Source: Basidiobolus meristosporus CBS 931.73 (lineage: Eukaryota; Fungi; Basidiobolomycota). Taken from it: 64,000 nucleotides of DNA. Shown piece by piece: positions 25,569 to 35,242 of this stretch. The notes under the pieces were generated by a model. It ran no database searches. It was not told the origin of the DNA and saw only the letters and a program-made list of their open reading frames with translations. The position numbers and the translations under genes are program-made. Where the stretch lies: positions 1-64,000 of the forward strand of contig MCFE01000037.1 in NCBI GenBank assembly GCA_002104905.1, given 5' to 3'. Every line of letters starts with the position of its first letter. Within the stretch, counting starts at the first letter, position 1.

Positions 25569-26122
25569 GGGTGATCCGAGTCATTGGTTTTATTCATGTG
25601 GCAACATCCGCCAGTATTTTTTCGCTATAGTATGCTGAATCATTTCATCTGAGTCAAACCCACTAAAAAGTGCATTGCAATATACCTTGTATGCAGTGAA
25701 GGACGATGGGATCTGATGATAGATCTGAGCGACATATAGGATCGGAGCGTGTAGGAGAGTGAGGTGGCGCCCAGTTGAAGCCAGCGAATTTAGGAATATC
25801 GTGGATTTTCTCGTGGAATTTTGACCTTGGTGCGGAAACGTGTCATTGACGCTGTGAGACATTTCGTCCGTTTGTCGAAGCCTTCTTCGAAATAGCCACG
25901 TTTTCTTGGCAGTCGTCGTGGGCAGAATTCATCCTACGCTGCTATATATCGTGGATCCATCCTACACCATCATCTATCATGTCCCGGATTATATCGTCCT
26001 ACTAATCCAATGTGATACAGAGATTTGGTTTGCATCAATGGTCGGTTAATCCTGATCACACATAGGCATTAGCTATACAGTTTAACCTTGCTCACATACT
26101 ACAAAACTACAACAAACCTAGG

Positions 26123-26806
26123 ATGTCTGAGCATTCCGAAACCATCTTCGAGAATCTACGCGATTACAACTTTGACGAGGACAAATCCTTTCAAGTGATT
26201 ATTTTTATCTAGTCGTATCTCTTTTCTCATGCCAACTGTATCTCTTGAAACCAAATAGGTTGGTCTACGCTCCATTTTGGAACTACAAAAAGACAAGCCG
26301 AAGGAGGAGGTGGATGTCGCTATAGAGAAAGCCAAGTTTTTTTACTATTCAAAGTAGGCTTTTGTTTAGATTAGTCCTACGCAGTGCACAGCATTCAGCC
26401 GGACATCTTTAGGTGTATACAGAAGGTAGATTACAAAGAGTACTTGCAGTGGAAAGCCAAGCAAGAGCTTTCCAAAACCTCAGAGGACGCATCAACCCTA
26501 CCAAGTGCTGTTGATACTGCTGACGGTATGTTATCGATAACCCGTGGCGTATTAGATGACTACCTTCTAAGGCATTTTCGCATAGACGTAGGACCTGAGT
26601 ACCCCAAATCTTTCCAAGAGATTTGTGAGTTGATCGCTTCTGGCAAACCGATTCCTGGTAATGAGTAATAGGTGATTCAAAGATCCGAACTATTCTTCTT
26701 ATACAGTTCCAATGCAGGCATAAAACAAATTCCCAACAAGCTCAGTGAGGTGACCCCCAGTGAGTCCACCTTAAAGCCTAGACCCAAGCCTTGGGAAAAA
26801 GCCTAG
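26123..26806 (+). CDS. PEX39: PEX39-like (C6orf226/Yjr012c family) peroxisomal PTS2-import factor, 5 exons
   Basis: Spliced: MSEHSETIFENLRDYNFDEDKSFQ|VGLRSILELQ...EKAKFFYYSK|...DYKEYLQW...|YPKSFQEICELIASGKPIPG|IKQIPNKL...KPRPKPWEKA*. The SF.E..ELI..GKP.PGIK.IP and terminal KPWE motifs are typical of the family. Confidence 0.75.
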
Positions 26807-26939
26807 TGACATGTATATTTCGTTCAGCTCAACCGATTAAATACTTCCAACTGAAAGACATTTGTATGTGAAAAGTACAATATTTATTGAATGGGGAATG
26901 GTGGAATGAAAGTAAGTCCGGGTAATACAGTCCTGCCTA

Positions 26940-29900
26940 TTATTCCCTGATTTTGACGCGGACATATGGAACCTGCGTATTTGCAAATGCTTCGGTCAGC
27001 TCTGGAGCAGGACTTCTTGCTCTAGATTTGCTTAGCTTACCTCTACATCTTCGCCATCACGATCGTTGACGCATATTTCCATCACAAGTGATTTGACATG
27101 GGAGGGAAGTGGCTTCTTGGAAACCGCCACTACCAGTTTGGACAGTCTGTGGGAGGGAAGATGAGGTTAGTCGGGGTTGTTAAAAGCTCCATAGTAGCAA
27201 AACTTTACTTCATGGGAAGCCTCTCATCCAACTTCTTTTTAGGCATAAAGAAGGAATACAACATGCTCACCCCACTAGAGACCATGGTGACCTCTAGATC
27301 GTGCTTCTCTTTAAAGTGATTAATGAACCCTTGCAGCGTGATATCCCCGTCAATTTCGAATCGATCCCACAAGGTAAATTTGGTGTCATGGTACTGCAGT
27401 CAGGAGAGCAGAATCAGTCGGACTAGGGCTCAGATCGTCTGGACACATACATGGCATCGTACCTTAAATTCGGGAGCGGCAATGGGCTCCGAGAACCCAA
27501 AGAATGGCAAGGCAAGGTTGACAAATCCATTCTTGAAGTCCTCCAAATTCTTTCTGCCATCGATGAGCTAGTACGGGTTAAAGCTGTGGCTGTAGGTGTA
27601 TATGTACTGGTTTGGCTCATACCTTGTATAACTCCAAGCAAACCAAGCCAGTCACCAGCGCAGTGGTGGTGGCAATGGCTGGAATGATTTTCCCGGCAAT
27701 AAACTTGGTCTGGTGACGACTAGCAATGGAGATGGCGTAGTTTTGTGCACGCAAGTTGGATGCCGCCGTGATGAAATCCATGTGGAAGTTGGTATCGTCA
27801 TCCTATTCATCGCATTGCCTCGTGTTAGCCGAGAAGCCCTGAGATAGAGGGGGTTGGGGGCTCTTACCTTTTCGAACTCTATCGCGTTCAGTCGGAAGCC
27901 TGCTAATGACGAAGGTTTGGGCAATGATTGGATGATGTCCTCGAGGTCTGATTGACCTAAGCGGCAGGACGATGGATAAGTATGAAATCAGTGTGCTTTG
28001 TGCTAGAATCGTGACTTACTTGTGGATTGAGAGATGTTCTCATTCTCTTGGACCTGAATCTTGACTCCTTGCTTGGGGGTAAATGGTGGGACCTCCACCT
28101 TCGATACCATTGTCTTGATGACCTCCCTATCCGTTTCCCCTACGAGACAAGGCCATGTTAATACTGCGAGGATCATATGAGCTTGGCTGCCTATCTCACC
28201 CTTGAGGCCAAACATGAAGGCACGAAGGTTTGCTGCAGTCAACACGAAGTCTAGGTGCAAGTTCTAAAAGAAGACAAGTCAGATGCAGGTGTGGATATGT
28301 AATGCAACCGAATGGATAGATACATTGTTCGGATCGAATTGAATGGCATCGGGAGCCCTCTTGGGGCCTGACCAGAATGGAGTCCCCGAGGATGTTACCT
28401 GAATAAGACAACAAACAATTAGCCCTTGGGTCCGAGGAAAAATGGATGCGTATTGTGCCTACCGAGTCTCGAGGGAAGTTGTAAAGTAGCTGTAGAATAG
28501 TGTTGTGGTAGTATTCTTCAAACTGCTGTCTAGCCCAGTTGACGCAGTCTTCAAAGAACAAGGCCTTAGATTTGACCAGGCAATTATGCAGCCCTTCCAA
28601 AATCTCTTTCTGCGATGGTGTTAAAAGAGAGCAGCATGATTCATGACAAGCGAGCAAACATCACCTGATTTCCCGTCTGCTTCAGCACCTGATCGATATA
28701 GTTTCGGTTGGCTCAGGTACAGATTGACGTTTTCCGGCTGTTGTTTGAAAAGCCCCTCAAACAAGTCCCGCGACCATTGAATGGTGTGCTCGATAGCATT
28801 CGGGAAATTCTTGAGCGTGCAGATGGGAATGGACTTTTCCGGTGGGTCTTGTGAAGAGGAGTATGATTCAGTAAGGAATGGAATGACCACTTGGGTGTTC
28901 CCCTTGGTTCCAAGAGTTCCCGATTCCAAGAGGGGCTTTCTAAAGAAAACGCAACGTCTATCTACATATTTTCTAGTATCAACATTGTCCAAAGCGTTGG
29001 TGACCCCGTCCAGATTCTCAAAGAAGTCGTCGTTGTAGATATTCTCGGTATCCACACCAATGCGATCTTGGTGAGGAATCACCTTCCCCTCAATCTCTGG
29101 ATTCATCTTGACAATGGCGCGGGTTGCAGTCTCGGATTTGAGCTGGCCGACATCTGAGGCCCGGAAAAGGAATTGTCGGTTCAGGTTACTCTTTTCGATC
29201 GTGTCCATATCTGTAAGATGTATGAGTCCTTCGGCGCCGGTGCCGAGCCCCATCATTCCCCAGTTCTTCAACATCTCGCACCCGATAGCTCCAGCGCCCA
29301 CCAGGAATTGGCGGTTGTTGGCGATCTTCTGCTGAAATTGGCACCCAAAAACGGCAATTTGTCCGTCGTATCTTGAGTTAAGAGGCTTGCAAGACTCCTC
29401 GGTGAGTGATACACTTTTTGGAAGAGATTCGAGGGAGTCGAAGTAGAGGTGCTGATAGATGGGGTGGAATTTGCCCGTCAATGATTTCAACGCCTCTTGG
29501 GCAACGATACCCCCGATAAGTGCACACATGGGTGATAGATAACCTTGCGCTTGATACGCCAGCTCCTTGAGGAGCCTCTCGTCTAGCTCGATCTCCTCTT
29601 TCATCTTGGCTGAAATGTCTCTGGCGAAAGTTAGAACCTGCAAGGCATCTTCTTCATTTCTTGGACGAGGCAGGCTCCCGTTGTTGTTGGATGTGAACTT
29701 GTTCAAGGCTTGGAAGCCGATGTGAAGCTGTGCAGGCCTATCGAATTTAGCAAAATCCGAGATAAGGTACTCGGGGGTTTCCAATCTATCCTTAAGAGAA
29801 GCAAACTCCAGCTGCTTTGGGGCCTTAACTTGAGTGAAGATGCCCCCTTTAACATAGTCGTCAAACGTAGTGGTGTCGCCAATGCTGAATGTATATGGCC

Positions 29901-30946
29901 CAAGAAACTTAATTTTCCTGGGCTCGCAATCGTTCAATTCCGTCATGCCCGCTACTTCCTTGAATGTGACATAGTCGCCGTCCTCTAACCCGTGTCTAGA
30001 CTCGTCCAGGCATGTAACAACACCCTCCTTATCCTTACTAACCATGGCGATCATCCCACTCAAAGGGTTCTCGCCGGTAGTATCGACTACGGTGAAGCTC
30101 CTCCCGAAATCGCAAAACACCGAACCAAACAATCCTCGGACATCGGCACTAATAAAATATATGTCGTTCTCATGCGTGTAATCGTTGATCTCGAGTTGCT
30201 GCTCTAGTGGACACTCCGTAAGGACCACGACCTAGAAAATTGGGATGGAATTCGTTAGTATGTACGTGGAATGTAACGCTGGAATGACGTACTTTGAATT
30301 TTTTCAACTTATCAAGAGTGAGCTCTCCATCTAGTATAGAGACAGGGACGTATTGATTGAGTTCTGCTAGACGTGGGCGAGTGGCCTCTGCTCTGGTCTT
30401 GCCAATGTCCTCTACAGTGAGAAAGAACTACATGTAGGCTTCTGTCAGTATCCTGCCACATATGCTACCACCGTGGGTGTCACTCACCTGGGCGGACAAA
30501 TCCGATATCTGTACTGACTGAGGATCATATATGGTGACAGATTTAACCCCGGCGAGGACAACATTCTTGGCTTTACAGAATAGATAAATATATCGGAAAG
30601 AAGGAAGAAAGGCTTAGCCGGACAGCTTCTCCGCTTACCAATCTCAACTCCAAGTCCTTTCAGGCCCACTATCAGGACATGGGCACTGCTCATTTTCTTC
30701 ATGGCGTCGTGGCCGAGAACATACCTGGAATGCCAAGGGAAGGTGAGCAAGCGTAACAGGAATGGATTCCCAAGAGGCGAACACGACGTACAATTGTCTG
30801 GAATATAGACCCTCGTCGATTTCGTTCTCGTTTTGGTCGATCTCCATTCTTGTCTAGAGGGGAGAGTTTGGGAGATCAGCCACGTCCTCAAGCTTTCTAA
30901 GTATCATGTAGCCAGACGAACGAACCTCACCAGGATTTACGGTCAT
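26940..30946 (-). CDS. UBA1: Ubiquitin-activating enzyme E1, multi-exon
   Basis: Motifs [44 protein letters not shown], catalytic [24 protein letters not shown] and C-terminal [10 protein letters not shown]. The start may be 30946 (short exon) or 30847. There is an apparent +1 frameshift at 28702-28704. Confidence 0.96.
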
Positions 30947-31316
30947 GTCGAATAAAATGGGTTTATTGCTGAACGTCTCCGATTAAAGTTAAAAGGGAAA
31001 TATTGCAAAAATCGAGCATCATGCTGGTTGTTTTCGTTTTTGGCTTACCCACCCCTTTTTGACCCAAATCACTTATGCGGGATGGTCGAGTAACTCGAGA
31101 TTGATTCACAAAATTACGTAGACAGGCCAACAATCATCAGTACCATCGCAGCCACCACTACCACCAATGATAAATAGGTTGAAGTCTTCAAACACATGTA
31201 TTAAGGTAACATACAATTACTAGCGCTTAGTGAATAAATGTACAAAAAGAATCAGAATAGAATAGCCAGATGAGAGGTGTGAATGAAGTTCTAGATCCCC
31301 CAATGTGCGCACTCCG

Positions 31317-33242
31317 CTACATCTCGGCATCCCTTCGCTGAAATTGCGCCCTATTTCTACGAGTGCGCTCGCCAAGATCAATGGAGTTGAAGTAGGCGGC
31401 CTTGTGTGCCTCGTTAAGAAAGCGTGCCTTGGATGCATCCCCCCGAGACATTCTTGCTTGCTGCTCGCGAAGGGCCTCCTCGGCCTCCTGACGATTGATC
31501 TCCTCGACCCTTTGCTTTCTCTCCTGGTCGAGGCTCTGGGCTGCCTCGGCCATCTCGCGAAGGCGCCGTTGCTTCTCCAACTCCACAATACTCATATCAA
31601 GTGTGACTGCTTCATCAGCCATCGCGGTCTTGCGGCTTACGCTGTGGACTGGATGAACGAGATTTCGATCTGGCCGGACGCGCATTGTGACGAGGTTTGT
31701 GAGATCTAGGTGAAGGGTGATCGCTTGTATCTTACGGTGGTTTGGACTTCTGCTTCTTGACCTCCCTCTAACATATCTAGTAGGCTGCTGCTCTCCCCTA
31801 GACTCCCTTGGTGACAATGGACTCGGTTCGCGTCTGAATCGATGAGTTTTTTCTACTCGGTCTGGTGATCTCGACTGGGATCGATTCCGTCCATTAGCAT
31901 GTTTGCTTCTCAAAGAACGGTCGTTTGGAGATTTAGATCTGTCTCTGTTGTCGTGGCGACTTCTACGTGGAGATGGTGATCTGTTTCTGTTTCCATTGCG
32001 ACCTCTGCGAGGTGATGGTGATCTGTCTCTACTTGCATTGCGGCCTCTACGGGGTGATAGTGATCTGTCTCTACTTGCATTGCGACCTCTACGGGGTGAT
32101 AGTGATCTGTCTCTGCTTTCATTGCGACCTCTGCGAGGCGATATAGACCTAGGGGGAGACCGCTGATTTCTACGTGGCGACTGCTTGCGACCTCTGTGAG
32201 GCGATGATGATCTGTCTCTACTTTCATTGCGACCTCTGCGAGGCGAAATGGACCTAGGGGAAGCCCGACGATGATGCTTACGCTCCTTGGATCTGCTATT
32301 GGCCTTCTCTTCGTTGTCGGAGTCCGAGTGCCTTCTTTTCTTTTCCTTGTCTCGCTTTGACTTTTTACTCTTCTTCTTATCCTTCTTCTTGCTCAATTGC
32401 TACAAGAAAGGTTTCGGTTTGAGCCTAAGTGTAAATCAGGGATCAGATAATTCATTGACTTACCTTCTCGTATTGTTTCATTTTCAATGGGTTGTTCATA
32501 ATCATTTTCAGGCTCTCCTGCTCCCTTCGCCTGATTGCAAGCAACGGGTCTTCTCTAACCTTAGCCTGCGTATCACGATAGGTGTTGGCGTTTACGTTGA
32601 TGGTGTTTACAAAAACAGAGCTAGAGTCTTGAGAGAGCTAGAAGTGCGACAAGCGCCTGAGTATTAGTATTCGACGTCAGAAAATTAAGATCGCAGTTGG
32701 AACTTGGTAAAGGCTTCCCCGGATACCTCGTGTGCGCCTACTTTTGCTCAACCTGCCTATTAGGCCAAACAAAATGGACAATACCTCTGACACTTTTGTT
32801 CCTTGTTCGATCAGGGAATCCACCCGCTTTTTTCCCAAAAGAAAAGCTTCCAAGTCGTCATTTTGGGTGGCAGAAGACTGAGTAGGTCCAGCAGCATACA
32901 TCCAATCCAACTTCTCCGAACGTTTTCTGGGTGAAATTGGGTAAATATAGAGCAAGGATCGGCCAAAAAGCCGTAAGTACTTACCTCGCGCCGCTACTCT
33001 CCTGAAGCCGTTGAAGCTCTTGTAACTGCCTCTCTTCATCGAGTTCCTTTTTCAGCTGATCTAGCTTTTTCTGTTCTTCCAACGCCTTTTGCTCCTCCTT
33101 CCACACGCGCTCCTGGTTCCTAAGAGTGGCCGGATGCCACGATTTTTTCAGATTCTATTCAAGTTTAAAAACACGATTAATACAAGCATGGGATAGAGAC
33201 TGGGTTGAAGATGCCACCACTTACGAGATCTCCTCCTCCCAT
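31317..33242 (-). CDS. CWC25: Pre-mRNA splicing factor Cwc25, multi-exon
   Basis: MGGGDL|[42 protein letters not shown], then a long RS-rich region. Confidence 0.92.
31936..32260 (-). repeat. Coding 42-bp tandem repeat in the CWC25 RS domain
   Basis: GCGRCCTCT recurs at 31998, 32040, 32082 and 32124 (period 42), encoding [14 protein letters not shown]-type units. Confidence 0.85.
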
Positions 33243-33510
33243 ATTGCGTTACAGGCAGAAAGTCGTCGTTAACTCCTGCCAAGCTCACCGATTAGTTATT
33301 AGAGGGGGAAAATAATAATTATCACTCAGCACGTGAGCACCATCGCAATAAATGATGGTTATTTTTAAGCACATACTAAACCAGTACCCAAGAAAAGCAA
33401 ACAACCATGGAAAAAATCGGGAAACAGAAATGGAAATGGAAAAAAAGGCCAATGAACATGGGTGAAAAAAAAGCGGTGAGCAGTGAATGGAGAATAATGG
33501 CCTGATCAGA

Positions 33511-33523
33511 TATAAATTTTTCA
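33511..33523 (+). promoter_or_regulatory. TATA box overlapping an RRPE-like motif in the divergent CWC25/RPS22 promoter
   Basis: TATAAATTTTTCA contains TATAAA and AAATTTTTCA (reverse complement of the RRPE TGAAAAATTT). A similar TGAAAAAAAT lies at 34237 upstream of the Grn1-domain gene. Confidence 0.45.
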
Positions 33524-33580
33524 TCACCGGGCTTTCTCGCACTCTCTCTCTTCGACCCTACGGCCGTCTATTTGCTGAAG

Positions 33581-33671
33581 GTTAGTAAACCTGTACCATG
33601 GATGGATTGACATCCATTACGGATATCGTGTGTTGATCAAGGGCTCATCCATGTTGTTGTCTTCGTTATAG
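33581..33671 (+). other. Predicted 5'-UTR intron of RPS22 containing a stem-loop
   Basis: GAAG|GTTAGT ... TTATAG| ends 10 nt before the ATG. CATGGATG (33597-33604) is complementary to CATCCATG (33646-33653). Confidence 0.6.
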
Positions 33672-33681
33672 CTTGCTTAAA

Positions 33682-34074
33682 ATGGTCAGAATCTCCGTCT
33701 TGAACGATTGCCTTAAGAACATCAACAACGCCGAGAAGCGTGGCAAGCGCCAAGTTCTTATCAGACCTTCCTCCAAGGTCATCGTTAAGTTCTTGTCTGT
33801 TATGCAGAAGCACGGTTACATCGGTGAATTCGAAGAAATTGATGACCACCGTTCCGGCAAGATCGTCATCCAACTTAACGGTCGCTTGAACAAGTGCGGT
33901 GTCATCTCCCCCCGTTTCAACATCAAGCTTACCGACATTGAGAACTGGATCAACCAATTGTTGCCTTCCCGTCAGTTCGGTTACATCGTTCTTACCACCT
34001 CCGCTGGTATCATGGACCACGAAGAGGCCCGTAGAAAGCACACTGGTGGCAAGATCTTGGGTTACTTCTATTAA
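33682..34074 (+). CDS. RPS22: 40S ribosomal protein uS8 (S22/S15a)
   Basis: [33 protein letters not shown]...GKILGYFY, 130 aa, with strong codon bias. Confidence 0.98.
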   Translation: MVRISVLNDCLKNINNAEKRGKRQVLIRPSSKVIVKFLSVMQKHGYIGEFEEIDDHRSGKIVIQLNGRLNKCGVISPRFNIKLTDIENWINQLLPSRQFGYIVLTTSAGIMDHEEARRKHTGGKILGYFY

Positions 34075-34400
34075 GTCAATTGATGTCCACATTCTTTATG
34101 AAATAAAATCAAGTCGACTGTACCATTATACATACTGTTCATATTCTAATATCCGAAGTTTGGCGGGGCATTGAAAATGCGCGCATGTGTCGGGGACCGA
34201 ACGTTGGTGGGAATAAGCGGTCATGAATTTTTTTGATGAAAAAAATCCACCTGATCGCTGGGATCATACCACCATGACAGCCTTAGAATTAACCTGGAAA
34301 AAAAAGAAAAAAGAAAATCGACTAGGAAACTAAATGTGAATTGCGCTCTATCTTATAATCAATTAGCTTGTGAAGTTCTACTCCTTTTCTCTTCACAGCC

Positions 34401-34902
34401 ATGGTCAGAAAGAGTAAGTCCTGAGTATTTGCCGTTCCCTCGTATGCGCAGTATACTCAAATACCATTCTAGAGTCACAAAGTAAGCGTATGTCATGCGC
34501 CAAGCGTTTCAAAATCACAAAGAGAGCCGCCGAAAAGCATCGTAAAGATCGTAAGGATGCCAAGAAAAACCCCAGACCTAAAAGTTGGTGTCTTTTGTAG
34601 CCTTTTATCTGTGCCATGCTGCAAATACTGACACGTTTCCACAACAGAGGCTAAGAAAGATCCCGGAATTCCCAACAATTGGCCATTCAAAGAACAGCTT
34701 TTGAACCAGATCGAGGAGGAAAGAGTCAAGGTACACACAATCTTGTCTTTATGTGAAGCCTGCTCAACTGACTAACACCCTTCCTTTCTCATAGGAGGCT
34801 GAAAGTAAGGAGCGGAACAAGCGTCTTTGTCAGCGGTTACAGAAAAAGGCAGCTGCTGCTGAGGCCAAGGCCAGCACCGTTGTTGCTAATGTCGAAAACT
34901 AA
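34401..34902 (+). CDS. Stand-alone GN3L_Grn1 (Nug1/GNL3 N-terminal) domain protein, no GTPase domain, 4 exons
   Basis: Spliced ~105 aa: MVRKKSQSKRMSCAKRFKITKRAAEKHRKDRKDAKKNPRPKKAKKDPGIPNNWPFKEQLLNQIEEER...NVEN*. The stop is at 34900-34902 and DIS3 ends 340 bp later. Confidence 0.8.
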
Positions 34903-35242
34903 AAAGTTCACTCCTCGGACTCATCTACCATCACTCTTCCCCTGGACCTTATCAACTTTTCCTCTGCACATTTTAGTTCTATGTAAGTTAATTAAATATC
35001 AATCCTGAAGATCGGAGAACAGTAGGCGTTTTTCGCGTCAAAATAAACCTATTCCCAATAGACTTGATAAGAATGATACGGGTGTATATATGCGTGTATG
35101 TATGTATGTAAGAGAGTGTGCGATTAGATATATATTATGATTTATTTCACAGAACCACCAATTTAAACAGATACATGGTGAAGGAAGCACGAGAGTCAAA
35201 AAAGTACATTTGCACAAGAATGAATTGGCCGGATTAAACACA

